From NCBI RefSeq assembly GCF_018977255.1, contig NW_024704840.1:1-64000 (forward strand): 64,000 nucleotides of DNA, given 5' to 3'. The position numbers and the translations under genes are program-made. Origin of the DNA: Callorhinchus milii (lineage: Eukaryota). Below, one piece after another: positions 1 through 13,115 of this stretch (positions within the stretch are counted from its first letter, which is position 1; each line of letters starts with the position of its first letter). Under the pieces are notes generated by a model. The model saw only the letters and a list, made by a program, of their open reading frames with translations. It searched no databases and had not been told where the DNA came from.

Positions 1-63
1 TCGCTATGTTTAAAATTGAAAGCATTTTTTTGTACGAGACTTGAAGTGCAGTCTGTCACTGTG

Positions 64-1023
64 GTGAGGCTAAAGGCACAGCAGTACATAGCGCTATATA
101 CACCAACAAATCAGAGATGGATAAGCTGGTGGTAGAAATGGATATGTGCAGTTTAGCATAGAAACGGTTTCCAAATCCTGTTCCCGTGACATGACTGTCA
201 TTCCAAGTATCTCTCCGAACTATAAATTCAGGTTCTTTGTCTTGGTCATCCCTGTACCAGAAGAGACCGTAAGCTCTTTGAGTCGTAGAATAAGTACATT
301 GCAACGTCACAGTTTCTCTTTCTTTCTGAGCCATAGTGGCAGATTTCTGACTGAGAGAGTCACCGACACACAGATCTGTAATAAACATGCAAGAGCACGA
401 CAATATATTATTTCCTATTTTTCTCAATTGATATTCCCTTGGGAAGATATCCTTATGAGAGAGATGCTATACATACGCAATTTGTTAAAAATGAAATAAT
501 AATAATCAATGTATTTTGGTATAGCAGACTTGATTCTGCTGAAAGAGCTACGCATAATATATTGTGAAGTTGAATTGTTGCATATATTTATTGGTGAAAT
601 GAAGCACCAAATTGCGTACAACTGTGTACCAATTTTAATCGTGGAAAGAGTCATCAAAATATAATTTAGAGTTTTTTCAGCGACTATTAAACCCGGAATA
701 TTATCCACTAAAAATGCTTGATAAATTATTATTATTTGGAGGTTATTATTACCCCATTTGTTCAAACATTGTCCTACTTACTTCTTGGTAAGCAGAGGCG
801 TGTGAGTGGTGTTAGAAAACATGCCCGTGCTTCAGCCATGTCTTGTCCGGGAATCGAATACACTTCCTATCGCTATCCAGTCGAGGACACGAACCACTGA
901 GCTACAGGTCTCCCTCCCTCCAACAAGTGTTGTTGAATTGGAGATGACATTCAGCATCAATACTGTATTAAATTAACCTGACCTAAGGGTTCCCAGCACC
1001 AGACAGACAGCAAACAGCCTCAT
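64..1023 (-). pseudogene. TCR alpha/delta V segment V1 (EPEF family), frameshifted in FR3
   Basis: Leader 1023-978 MRLFAVCLVLGTLRS+G, GT donor. V exon 375-64 with TLQC and FWYR. A 1-nt deletion relative to the paralog at 44531 (GTGTAT-ATAGCGCT vs GTGTCTGACAGCGCT) shifts YxC out of frame. RSS CACAGTG (63-57), 23 bp, ACAAAAAAA (33-25). Confidence 0.9.
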
Positions 1024-1829
1024 TGCTGCTCCTCAGTCTGTGTGGTTGTGTCTGTGCCATCAGTTTGCTGATAACCCGCAGTGATTGTCGGCATTGGCGG
1101 AGCCAAAGTCTCACGTCACCTCATTGGCATCTCAGCTGCGTCTCAACACAACAACCAATTGCTTTTATACCGCGGTTTTCACCAGTCACTGGGGGAAGAG
1201 AATCCTCCCTTCAGCTCCTGGTAACAGCGATGCCCATAGCCATAACTAGTAGACTCATCATCAAAATAATATAACAATAATTGTTCCATTTGATGTAGGA
1301 TATTATCACATTTTCCAGAAGACCGAAAGCGCTTCACATAATCTATTACATAGTGTAGTGACTTTGCATTTTGTGGGCGTATCAAGGCATACGATTGCGC
1401 ACAGCAGTGTACCATAGATAGTCTTGGATTGAGTGACCAAATTGTTTACCCCTTATTATTCTTTTGAGGGAAATATTAATGGCGAAAAAGCAATCCGCCA
1501 ATCAGTTTAATATCTACTGCTCGCTAAACGGCGGTTTGTGCAGTAAGGAAACTTTCCCAACATTTCTCCCTGCCGGGAATCGAATACATGTCCCTCGCCA
1601 GCGAGATATGTGCTCTAACCACGGTTATTGCATGATCAGTTGAGATCATGGGATCATTGAGTTGTTTGCGTGACAGTCAGTTGAGCTGTTAATGTGATGT
1701 TCTCTTTATGTCTCTGACTCCTCTCCCTTCGCACAGGAAATCGATGCTGCGGCCTAGAGAGACAGAATCACAAACCTACTAAACTCTGTTAGTTTTTGTA
1801 CGAGTCTCTGACTGGTTCTCATCACTGTG

Positions 1830-2680
1830 TGGTTCGAGAGCACAGTAATATATAGCGCTGTCAGACAGCTCCAGCAGGGAGATGGTTAAACTGGTGAATT
1901 TTGTCGAGGTTTGGAGCTCAATAGAGAACCGCTTTTTAGCAAAGTCTGCTTTATCTGTATTACCACCCGAATACTTTTGAAGCACATAATGTGGTTGTGT
2001 TTCTTTTTGTTCTCGATACCAGTTTAAATAGTAGCTGCTCAGAGACGTATCATAATGACATTCCATGGTCACACTTCCTCCTTCTTTCCCAATCAATGAA
2101 CCCACCTTCTGTGTCACAGAGTCTCCCTGGGTCAGGCCTGAAAGACAAGAGCGTGGAGTCCTGTAACTGAGTTGTGAAAGTTCTCGCCTCGCAAACGAAA
2201 GGACCCGGGTTCGATTTCCGGACAGGTCAGGGCACAATCCTAGGCAAGTTTCGTTAGCGCACACTACACTGTTTACCCAATAGTAAGTAGAAAACTGTAT
2301 GTACGTCAATTAGCAGAAGGCTTTACGGGAATAACAACCCGGTCAAAAAGAAATAAAAAAACATTCTTAAATGTGGTCATATAATCCACGATTATTTGGA
2401 GAACACTCCAAATTGGCTGCCGCGTTTCTACTACAAAACGTTAAGTCACTACTATTTACAGTATAGTCTATGAAGCGACTGGAGACGTCTTCAAGTCATG
2501 TTGAAGCCCTATAGCAGATGTGAAAACTATTATTATTATGATTAATAAAACGAGGTAGAACAGAGAAACCGACACAAGAAATGAGTTTGATAATTGATTG
2601 AAAGTTTACTATTGTTACCCGGGATTACCTAATAAAATGGCAGACAGAACCACACACACACAGGATATTTCCGTCCCCAT
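1830..2680 (-). CDS. TCR alpha/delta V segment V2 (QPHY family), apparently functional
   Basis: Leader 2680-2629 MGTEISCVCVVLSAILL+G|gtaatc. Exon 2137-1830 GDSVTQ..MEC..NWYR..YYCALEP. RSS CACAGTG 1829-1823, 23 bp, ACAAAAACT 1799-1791. Confidence 0.95.
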
Positions 2681-3249
2681 CACTCACTCCACAGCTGCGC
2701 TCTTTTGTTGGTAAGATATTGTTGTTGATCTGCGATGCACAACTCTGTTTCAGATGACAATTGATCGCTATGAACTCACTTCCTTATCAAATGACGTGGA
2801 CATCATCCGGTCAATGTGGGAGGGCAGGTAATGTTCACAGTTTGTCGTCTGGGCGCAGGCGGGAGGGGAGAGTGAGTCTCCTTCGAGGCAATTCAATTTG
2901 CTGACAGTCAATTCAATTTGGTGACAGTCTTGGCAGCAAAATGTGGAGCAGATTTGTAGGTTTTCAGGATGTTACAAAGGTGCGATGGAACAATGCCATT
3001 GAAATATTTAATGCTTAGGTTGAATATCTTGAAATGCAACTCGAAACACAAAATCTACATCTCGCTGTCCCTCCACCTCGACCCCTTCCTTGCGTCCTTC
3101 AAAACACATGGCAAGACCCGACTCTTCGACCGTGCTTTCGATCACCCTGCTTCCCCACCTGCCCTCAAAACTCCCCAAACCCGACCCCAGCTCGGGACAA
3201 AAACTCTGACTGTTCAGCGACCTGGAACTTCTTTCCGACGTGAAAGTCT

Positions 3250-3500
3250 CTCTTCAAATGAATATTGCGGTTGTTGTTGAGCTTGACCTTCCTGAGATTG
3301 GGAGCCAGTTGGTATTGGCTGGTAGCATAGACTGTGGAATCGTGTGTGGGAAAAGCAATGCGTACAGATTTCTGGATATCTAGCCATCTGTGAAGGGAAG
3401 AGGCATGTTATACTGTGAGCAGACCGTTGACATAATCCAGCCCGATCGCGATCAACACAAAGGTTTAGATGTAGAATCATAGATCGATGCAGCGTAGACT
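3250..3500 (-). mobile_element. L2-type LINE ORF2 C-terminal fragment (inverted paralog at ~41740-42000)
   Basis: Degenerate translation resembling the L2 FFHLRNIARLRP..ETLIHAFVTSRLDY region. Confidence 0.5.
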
Positions 3501-3929
3501 ACAGGATTAAAGATTTTCTTTCTATTATCAAGCCTGAGCTGAAAACCAGCCTATGATGGTGATACTTTAATATTAATATCAATATCAATATCAATATTAA
3601 TGTTAACATTAACATTAACTTTAACATTATTAGTATTATCATTATCATCATCATGGTTGTCCAGTTCTTTGTAGCATTGCATCCAAGTAAAGAAACTGCA
3701 AACTAAGACGCTGGATAATAATATACAAGTTCAGCTTTAATCTTCTACCCAATGAAAAACGAAAACAAATGACTGCATTGCCGTTAACGAAAGCTGACAC
3801 ATGCATTACAGCAGTGAGATCCTCTTCAGGGCGGCTGGTTTTTTGGGCGAGAGACAATCATACAAAATATGAAATTGAAGTTGCCTCTTGAGCAAACTAA
3901 CGTGATGCTTTAGAAAAATCTTTGTAAAT

Positions 3930-4110
3930 TTCAGTTGAAGCAGCAAAAGTGTACATGAGCGAACAGTGTCAACTGTAACAGGAAGCACCTGTTATTGCAG
4001 TCGAGGTCGTCAGTTATAGAAAGGAATGTGTTAAGTTATATCAATTGCAGCTTATGTTATATGTGCGCTTAGGGCGACATCTGTTGGTGGATTGTATCTA
4101 CAGCAGCTGT
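3930..4110 (-). promoter_or_regulatory. Conserved intergenic module copy A (ETS+E-box and CTCF-like motif)
   Basis: ACAGGAAGCACCTG 3978-3991; reverse-complement CCACCAACAGATGTCGC 4074-4090. Confidence 0.55.
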
Positions 4111-4479
4111 ACAGTTGGAGGCATTTGATAGCCAATTGTTTTGGGCTCTTATTAACTTTGCGAGAACTATCTCCTCCATTGGAAGCATGTACCGTATTCT
4201 CATTTCCCAGCTCCTTCCTCATAGTGTCTGAGCTTCACTGGAACATTTGACTCCAATCTCTTTCACATTGTTTTCCTGTGACGTGTGTCGTTTCATGCTC
4301 GCTCCCACACTTTAATTTAATTCCTTGCACTATTCAGAGCATTGAATCACACTGTGTTCTAAGCCACAGAAATGTGACAGGTCTTATTACTGCCTGTCTG
4401 GAAATGATTCAAGTGTTTTGTCATCCGCAATAGCACTGGGTCCTGAATCTGTGCAAATCTGTGTCCAAGTCCCTTCAAA

Positions 4480-4650
4480 TTGGCAACTTGGCAGAGAGAG
4501 AACAGGACAGGTATCTGTGGAAGACGGGTTTGTAGTGTTATGCGGGGAAATCTGGTGATTGGGGTTAGTGAAAGTGACGCTCTGTCAAAGAGCCGCACAG
4601 ACTCGATGGGCCGAATTGCCTCCTTCTGTGCCGTAACATTCTATGAAAAA
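4480..4650 (+). mobile_element. CR1-type LINE 3' end fragment
   Basis: Ends GATGGGCCGAATTGCCTCCTTCTGTGCCGTAACATTCTATG, typical of the shark CR1 3' tail. Confidence 0.7.
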
Positions 4651-5713
4651 TGTTTTTCTCCAGAATGTGCCTTAAGAACTTCCTTTATGACAGTACCACT
4701 TGTCACCATTCTTTCTCCCTCTTTCTGGGTCAAGTACCACCATTGTCAAGCTCAGCAAAAGCCACACTCATTGAAAGCACTGTATAAGAGAAGAAGGAAG
4801 CCGTTCAGACACGTGAGCATGTTCCAACGTTATATTACACAATTGCTATTCGATACCTCAACTCCAATTTCCAACCCTCGCCCGCATCCCAGACATGACA
4901 AATCTCTATCAATTCAGTATAGAAAATAATAACGGATCCAGCATCCACCTATTTTTTAGTGAAAGTGTTCCGGATTCCATTACCAATTACGCGTGAAAAA
5001 ATTACCCACAATTGCTCTCCTTACTTGACTGGCTCTAACTTTAAAACGTTACACACTTGTAATGAATTCCCGCACCCACCAGAAACTGTTTTTTTCTGTA
5101 ACTGGAGGAAACAGCTTCTCTGTAAGCAGAATAATTGCAACTTGTTATTTTGCATATTTTTCTACGTAGTTAAGAAACGCAAGAAAAAGACACGTGCATG
5201 GGGCCGGTCTACTCAGAAAGCAAAATATTTCAAGTTATTTCTGTGAAAATATTCCGGCTTTACTTAATAATACTATTAGTATTCCTGGAGTGTAATGTAG
5301 CATCGTATGATAACATCGCGTCGCCGAAAAGCGCTTGATAATATATTATATAAACAAAATGTCTCTATATTTTGCGGATGATAGATGGCAGCTAATTGCG
5401 CACATCGGTGGCGCATTGGATGAAGTCATCCATTTATTATTATTATTATTATTTTGAAGGGATTATTAGGCCCGGAAAACTGATCTGCCATTCGAATAAT
5501 AGACCGGTTTCCGACTTACTGCTGTGTCAGAAGAGGCGAGTACGTGGAGTAAGGAAACTTGCTCAACGTTTCGTTCTGCCGGAAATCGAACCCAGATGGT
5601 CTCACTCGGAGAGACGACAGACGAGTGCAGACAGACGAGTTCTCTAACTACTCAGTTGTAGGAATCCGCAAAGCAGTTTTTGTACGGCGGAATCGCTGAT
5701 CTGTGCCTCTGTG

Positions 5714-6448
5714 GGGCTCAGTGCACAGTAATACACCGTCGAGTCCGTAAATCTCACTTGGGATATACTTAATGGGACGGTTCTCTCCGCTTCATCCACA
5801 TGCGTTGTGAAACGATCTTTTGCAAAGTCTGCCTGTCTAGGATTGTTCCTTTTGTCTGTCCAAAGGATATATTCTGGAGCTTTTTTTGCATAGTGACGGT
5901 GCCAGAACAGATCGGGAAACGTGCTTGTATTTGTATAATTGCACTGCAGATGAACAGCTTCCCCTTCATTCACTGTCACAGTAGATTGAAGCTGCGTCAC
6001 AGCGTCTCCTCCACAATGTCCTAGAAACCATACAAACAGCAGATTTGAATGCAATAATAATGATAATAATCCTTGAATTTGATACAGCGCCTTATAATGT
6101 CTTTGAATCATCTCAAATGTCGTCACAGAAACAATTTAAGTGCATTTTCTGGGCGAGATGCAGTAGGCAATCATGGAGTAATTCACAAACAGTCGTGGCT
6201 TGAGTGATTTAATTATAAATAGATTATTATACCTGCAGGATCCTTTCGCAAATATAAATACAACCGGAGTGCCATAACAACTGAACTACAGGACTCCACG
6301 GCACCACGATTCCTTTAGCATTTTGATTATTTAAGACAATAAAACAATCGCGTTGGAAAATATGTGCAGGAAGCAGACAGAGAGAATGAGTTTATCGCTT
6401 ACCTGACAAGGTAATGATGGCGACTGCCATATAGATATACATTGTCAT
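5714..6448 (-). CDS. TCR alpha/delta V segment V3 (APEY family), apparently functional
   Basis: Leader 6448-6403 MTMYIYMAVAIITLS+G|gtaagc. Exon 6020-5714 LQC..FWHRHY..APEYIL..YYCALSP. RSS CACAGAG 5713-5707, 23 bp, ACAAAAACT 5683-5675. Confidence 0.95.
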
Positions 6449-6619
6449 ATGTACTTAGTGACACGGGATGTTCAGAGAGCGTTGATGGCGCAGTTGGAGA
6501 ATGTTTCCAGGGAGGCTGTAACATACCGTGAGCAGGGCTGAACAGGAAACAACATACAGATGTTACATTACACTGTGAGGGAGCAGTTCTGAGGGTTATG
6601 TACAAACCTTGTGTCCCTG

Positions 6620-6670
6620 TCATTGTGCGTCATCTTCACTGCTCTGTCATCTCGCTCCTCCATTGGTTTT
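6620..6670 (-). promoter_or_regulatory. APEY-family V promoter: CCAAT plus TGACGCA (also at 14347-14387 and 25735-25775)
   Basis: Both motifs are conserved at the same spacing upstream of V3, V5 and V9, and both are mutated in pseudogene V14. Confidence 0.55.
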
Positions 6671-7399
6671 CTTCCATCTCTGATATGTTTTTGTTCAGCC
6701 GAGTGAAATAATAATAATCCGTGCACTTGATAAAGCGCCTCACCAGGTCTTGGATACTTCTCGAATTGTTTCACGGAATATACTGCAAAATTAATTGACA
6801 GTGCGCTTTTAGAGAGAAGCGCGGCAGCCAATTGGGAACAACAGTATCGCACAAAGAGTCCTGGATTGAATAACCAATTCACTACTTTTTTTGGAAAGAA
6901 TTATAAAAGCGATCTGCCAATCGACCATTGGAAGTTTTCCTACTAATTCACGAGGTAAATAGAGGAGTGGTGTAAGGAAACCTGACCAACATTTCGCACA
7001 GACGAGAATCGAAATCATATCTCTTGCATGCGAGGCGAGTGCACTAAACACTGAGATATTGGACCCAGAAGTCCTGGGCAAAGACTGTAATAAGTCGGCG
7101 ACTTGCAGGAACGCTGTATCAGAAACCTGATTGGCATCGCTTTTTTCCAGGGATAATTGGCCCTTCAATAATAAATCAATAATAAAATAGATAATAATTT
7201 GGTCATTCAATCCATGATTATTTGAAGAAAACTGCTGTGCACAATCGGCTCGAACAAAGGATAAGGCACTATATCAAATGCAATGATTATTAATATTATA
7301 ATGCGGCAAAAGGTATAACAAGATATTAGAAAAAGATGGTATACAAAAGATACTAACGGCAAAGTAAGCTGAGAGTGATTGAGAGCACAGCACATGTCT

Positions 7400-7700
7400 C
7401 CCGCAGAGCCCCGCCCACACAGCCACTGTCACGCCCACAGAGCTACGTCACTCAGGCAATGCACCGCCCACACAGAGCGCCGCCCACACAACCACTACCA
7501 TGCCCACAGAGCTACGTCACTCACTGAATTCCCCGCCCGCACTGAGCCCCGCCCACACAGCCAATGCCACGCCCATCGAGCTACGTCACTCAGTCACTGC
7601 CCCGCCCGCACTGAGCCCCGCCTACGCAGCCACTGCCACGCCCACAGAAATACGTCACTCAGACTCTGCTCCGCCCGCACTGAGCCGCATCGCCCAATCA
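7400..7700. repeat. GC-rich 69-bp minisatellite, ~4.3 units
   Basis: TACGTCACTC recurs at 7444, 7513, 7582 and 7651 (period 69). Each unit has GCCCCGCCC boxes. Confidence 0.9.
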
Positions 7701-8884
7701 ATGCCGTTGCATTACAACGCCCCGCCCAAACAGCGCCCCGCCCCCTCCACTCCCCGCAGACAAACACACACAGTGCCACACAATCAGGTCACTCAACCCA
7801 CAATATTGTGTGGGCCACTCTTTTGCACAGTTGACTACCACGTTTGACCCGCACAATACAATCTAACGCCCCACACACCTCCCCCCACTTCACCTCTTCC
7901 ATTCCACACCCGAACACTATCCCACACCCACAGTGCCAAAAAATAAGGCAACTCAAACCACAACGTTTTGTGGGACACTGCTGTACACAACTGGCATCAA
8001 ACAATATATGACTCCACTTTTCAGCGTCTTCTGTGAAGAGCTTTCAGACGTCTCAATTACGCAATATGGCAGTATATAAAACGCAACGTTTACTTTTATT
8101 ACGGTTATTATTACTGTGTTGAATAAGACATGCCCTTACAATTGTGTTCATTAATTGTGTTTGAGAAATGGTTTGATCAAATGCAGTCTTGTCATTTCGT
8201 CGTTTCGCCTCAAACTTCCCCGCAAGTCGCAATATCAAGTACAGAATTTGTCAGTTTAGCCTCCAATTTGTATACAACACTGTCCCACAAATAGCTACGA
8301 ATGAAAGATGTATTTTACCAATGGAAAGTCTGTAGGTAGAAACCTTGTTCCTTCTCAAGTAGTGCAATGGTATCATGACACTCCCTTCATGCAAGCCGCC
8401 TGGACCTGGGTTTAATATCTCCTTGGTAGGAAAAGCTAACCCGACAGCCAGGCCAGCTCTGGTGTGTCAGCACAGAACATCAGAACTTAATCCAATACAT
8501 TTTAGACAGTGAGCACTTCGGTTGCTTTTGAATGTTTCAGTTGCGGGATGAAATGTCAATGATCCTTTTTAATTACATAGTAATAAACTTATTAAATAGC
8601 CTAATATTCACGTTCAGAGTAGTTGACTGAACATAAGGTGAGGAGGGGATAAGTACNTTTTTTTTCGCACGGCGAGTTATATTGATCTTGCACGCATTGC
8701 CTGAAAGTGTGGCAGAAGCCGATAATCTAACAACTTTCAAGAGAGAATTGCTATATAGTAGGGAATACAATATAGCAGCGGCTGCTATTTGGGGAAAAAT
8801 GGAACAATATAGAATATGTGCGATAGAAGTTGTTACTTCAGCAACCTAAATCTTGTATTAATACTTTAGGTAAATATTTGTAAA

Positions 8885-9075
8885 TGTCAGTTGAAGCAGC
8901 AATAGTGTGTATGAGTTAACAATGTGAAATGCAACAGTAAGCACCTGTTACCTTTGCAAAGGAAGTTACTTACAGAAAGGAACTTGACAACTTATGTGAG
9001 TTGCAGTTCATTTGTTATATGTGTTCGTTTAGTGTGACATCTGCTAGTGGATTGTAGCTACAGCACGTATTCGAT
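8885..9075 (-). promoter_or_regulatory. Conserved intergenic module copy B
   Basis: ACAGTAAGCACCTG 8934-8947; reverse-complement CCACTAGCAGATGTCAC 9034-9050. Confidence 0.5.
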
Positions 9076-9539
9076 TGGAGAGGTTTCATAGCATAATTAT
9101 TTTGGGCCCGTCTTGCCTTTCCTTGGTGCTATCTTGAACACTGAAATTTTATACATTAGTCTCATTTCCATGATCTTTCCTCATATTTTCTGTTCTTGCC
9201 TGGAACATTCGAGTAAAATGTCATTCACATTCTCTTAACTTGACGTGTCTCAGTGCAAACACTCGCTGCCCCACTTGCTCTCCAATTTTAATTCAATTCC
9301 TTGCCGTTTTACTTCATCGATTATATTATTTGACTAAACACTTAGCTGACTTTGAGCATTTTACAACAGAATAACAGAAGACTGGCAATTAGGTAATGCT
9401 GTTTCATGTCAGGAGGACGTCCCAAGGTAAATGTGTTCTCCAGACCTAAAACTTAAATTAATGTTCATTCTTCTATACCGTAAATACACTAAATGTTTTC
9501 TTTCTTTAGTGACTCGCCAATTCGCTCCCCTACGTGGAA

Positions 9540-9900
9540 AGTGTTGAATAGGAATACGAGGAGGATATCAGCTCCTTGAGCCTGTTGCAACGTTAGGTTA
9601 CATCGTGGCTGATCTACCTCTCAACTCACATTCCTGCCTTTTCTCCGTACCCTTTCAAATTGTGAGATAAAATAAATGCATCCAACTCAGTCTGGAAAAT
9701 ACAAATGGAAAAAACATCCTCAGATTCTTTGTGGAAGTTTTCCTGATTTATTCAAATGTTTCGTAATTTGATTCTTCCCATTTCACTGCTAACAGGACTG
9801 GCTCTAATGCACCATTGTTATGCATTCCCCCATCCACCAGAGGAAACAGTTTCTCTATAAATAGATTTTAAAAATTTTGTGTAAACCACATAAATGGAAT
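9540..9900 (-). mobile_element. CR1-type LINE 3' fragment (paralog at ~20870-21200)
   Basis: Degenerate TGGCTGATCTACCTC..CCACCAGAGGAAACAGTTTC motifs of the CR1 3' region. Confidence 0.6.
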
Positions 9901-10522
9901 ATGTATGTTTTGATATTTCTTACTTACTCAAGCAGCATGGAAAGAAACTTGCCTGTGGCAGCGCTCCCCACAAAGCAATAGATTTTTATTGATTTACCAC
10001 TGGGATGATAACATGACTACAGTTAATTACAATGAAAATAATAATAGTTGCTTTTTATATAGCGCGATATTATATCTTCGAGACACCGCACAGTGTTTCT
10101 TTCAATATACCTTAAACGTAATGACTGTATATTGTGAGTGTAAAGCAGGTTTGTATTGTACGCATCGCTGTCCCATTGGATAAAGCGTCCAATTTATTCT
10201 CAACACTATTATTCCGAATGCATTATTACCTCTGGAAAATCGAACCGCCGAACGATTAACAACCTGCTTGCTACTTACTGCTTGCAAACAGAGACGGGTG
10301 TGTGGAATAAGGAAATTTGCACAACGTTTTGTTCTGCTGGCAATTGAAACAACATCAGTCGCTTGTGAGGCGTGTGCTATGACCACTGAGCTACACCAAC
10401 CTCCATGTTATCATTGCATAAGTTTGTCAGTCTGTTAAAAGCACCAAGTGAAATGTGTGAGAGCAAGATATGACTGCCTGCTGAGTTTTTGTACGGGGAA
10501 TCTGCCTTCCTGTAACAGTGTG

Positions 10523-11407
10523 GGCTCCAGGGCAGAGTAGTACACAGCGCTGTCTCCCACAACAGCCCCGAGTATCTGCAGCTTAATTACTTTATTCTCC
10601 TTCATCAGCTCGGCTGTGAAACGTTCAGGTAGATCAGGAGATTTGTCTGCATTTCCAGAGGCATATATCCTGAACATGTAATGAAGGTTTCCATCGGGAT
10701 ATTGCTTGTACCAGAAGGCAGTGCTCAATGTTGAAATATTACATTTTAATGTCACGTCTTTTCCTTCAATATCTGTTATCTCGGGAGGATATTGGGATAC
10801 AACATCTTGTCCACGGACTTCTGCAAGAATAGCAAAACCAACACATTAGGCTGAGCAACGCTCAGTGATAATTTCAATTCATCATAAAGATAGTAATTAT
10901 TCCTTTTTACATAGCGCCTTATCACAAAGTTCAGAGTCTCAAAGAGCCAAGAGATTACACATATACAATCAGTTCACTTTACAGTGTGTTCTGTGAAGCG
11001 CTTTGGGACGTCCTCCCGACATGAAAAGCGCTATATCAAATACAAGGATTATTATGACTATTGTAAACCGAATTGAATATATTTTTTAGATGAAACTGAA
11101 CAGCTAAGTAAGCACAGCATTGTCCAACAACATCAACAACAAACCGTAGATTAAATGATCAGATTATTGTTAACTGTTTTTTTTAATGGGTTATTACCCT
11201 CGGTTCCCACTTAAAACCGAAGCGTGAAACTTGCTGAAAGTTTCGACTGCCCGTGAATCGAACACAGTTCCTGTCGCTTCCCAGGCGATTGCTCTACACA
11301 TTAAGCATCTGATATTATATAGCGTACAAATGATGCGATGGGCATGTCCACACATACTTACTGGCTATGGTGAGGATGGCTATCAGTAACTGGCAGTGAG
11401 CTGTCAT
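10523..11407 (-). pseudogene. TCR alpha/delta V segment V4 (YPDGNL family), open frame but second canonical Cys replaced by Ser
   Basis: Leader 11407-11362 MTAHCQLLIAILTIA+A|gtaagt. Exon 10820-10523. FR3 ends YYSALEP (TCT instead of TGT). RSS CACACTG 10522-10516, 23 bp, ACAAAAACT 10492-10484. Confidence 0.88.
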
Positions 11408-12477
11408 GTTGGCTGCTGAGGTGTGGACAGATAATGGGATCTCTTCCTTTGTATATCGCTGTATTGCTGCTTCAGTGACAAGTTGTGAGGCAGCGGATCA
11501 TCTGACGTGTTGAATGGTTTATTTTTTTTACAATTGTAGGCGTTTCCCACTAACCAGAGGAACTTGAACTTGATCTGATGGCGACTGGGAGCCAAAGGGT
11601 CAGGGCTTGGATGGGAACATTGACAAACTTTTCATCCAATGTCATATCCCTTACAATGTATTATGAGAACCGCTTTGCGATGTCGGTAAGATGTGATCAG
11701 TCACTACATCAAATGAAAACTTTATTTTTATTTTAAACTTTATTATTAAAGTGAATGCATTCGTTAAGTTGATGAATGGTTGAGACATGCAGCAGAGACT
11801 GAAGGGATAAAAGTTTACGTTCTGACCTCAAGGCTGAGGTGACAACATTTCTCTGTTGATGTTACTTTCTCTTGGGAGGATCACGAAGTTGATCTGCCGC
11901 AGATTGGAGGCCAGAGGTTCTGGGCCAGGATGTGAGTAGTTGCGTTTCCCCCACTCACAATTTTGTTTTAAAGTATATTCTTTGAAGCGCTTTCAGACGC
12001 CTCCTTGACGCAATATGGTTCCATATCAAATGCTCATTTTTATTTTCATTATTGATCTGAATGCATTCACTTGGTTGATTTTGAACCAAGCAGCCCAGCT
12101 TTAGAAAAAACTTTACTTTCTATCATCGTGGCTGATGTGAAAATCTGCCTCTGTTACTGGTAGTTGCTTTTATGCGTCTGAATGTTGTTGGTTTTGGACC
12201 CAGTTCGTCAGTTTCAGCTCACAGGCGATACGAGATAGTTCTTGAATTCTTAAATTAAATTAAAATAGGTCGGTTGTAATCTCTTTTTCAAACTAAACCA
12301 ATATCAATGACCGTATTGTTCTTTACAAAAAATAACACATTTATTACCGCAGTGAGATCCACATAAAGGCCGCTGCTTATGTGGCAGAAATACAACACAT
12401 ATAAAAAGTGACACAACTGATGCTTCTCGAGCAATGTAAGTTTTGTGCTAATCATTTTTCAGACAAGATTTTTACAC

Positions 12478-12660
12478 TTCAGCTGAAGCAGCAACAGTGT
12501 TTATGAGTGAACTATGTCAACTGTAACAAGAAGCACCTGTTACTGCTGCAGAAAGGAATGTGACAAGTTATGTCAGTCGCAGCTCATGTTATATATCTTT
12601 CCAATGCGATATCTGCTGGCGGATTGCAGCTACAGCTTTTGTGCATTTGGAGACAGTTGA
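12478..12660 (-). promoter_or_regulatory. Conserved intergenic module copy C
   Basis: ACAAGAAGCACCTG 12526-12539; reverse-complement CCGCCAGCAGATATCGC 12606-12622. Confidence 0.5.
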
Positions 12661-12785
12661 TAGCAAACAGTTTTCGGCCCGTCATAATTTTCCCGTTATG
12701 AATTTCACTACGTAAATGCAAGTTAAGTTTTCTTATTTTTTACCCTTTTTTCAAAGAATAGGTGAAGACACTTCAACGTGCAGGT

Positions 12786-13115
12786 AATAATAATAATAAT
12801 AATAATAATCCTTGCATTTGATATAGCGCTTTTCACGTCGGGAGGACGTCCCGAAGTGCTTCACTGAACATAATGTAAAGTGAATTGACTGTATATTTCT
12901 GGGCGAACGCGGCAGCCAATTGCGCACAGCAATGTCCCACAAACAGTCATGGATTGAAAATGACCAATTTATTATTGTTTTTGGTTTTGGAGGGATTATT
13001 ATTAGGCTCTGTGTGGAGTAAGGAAACTTGCCCAAGGTTTCGCCCTCTGCCTGGGATTGAACTCAGGTCTCTCACTTGCAAAGCGAGTGCTCTAACCACT
13101 GAGCTACAGGTCTCC
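12786..13115 (-). mobile_element. Young full-length tRNA(Ala)-derived SINE with Deu/SacSINE-like 3' part and L2-type tail
   Basis: A box TAGCTCAGTGG and B box GAGTTCAATCC; tail TGTGAAGC..GGGACGTCC..AAAGCGCTATATCAAATGCAAGG(ATT)n; near-identical to the other full copies. Confidence 0.9.

Noticed and set aside
7379-7847. His/Pro/Thr-rich mucin-like ORFs (also 18848-19099 and 35431-35875)
   Set aside because: Explained by the 69-bp and 27-bp minisatellites.
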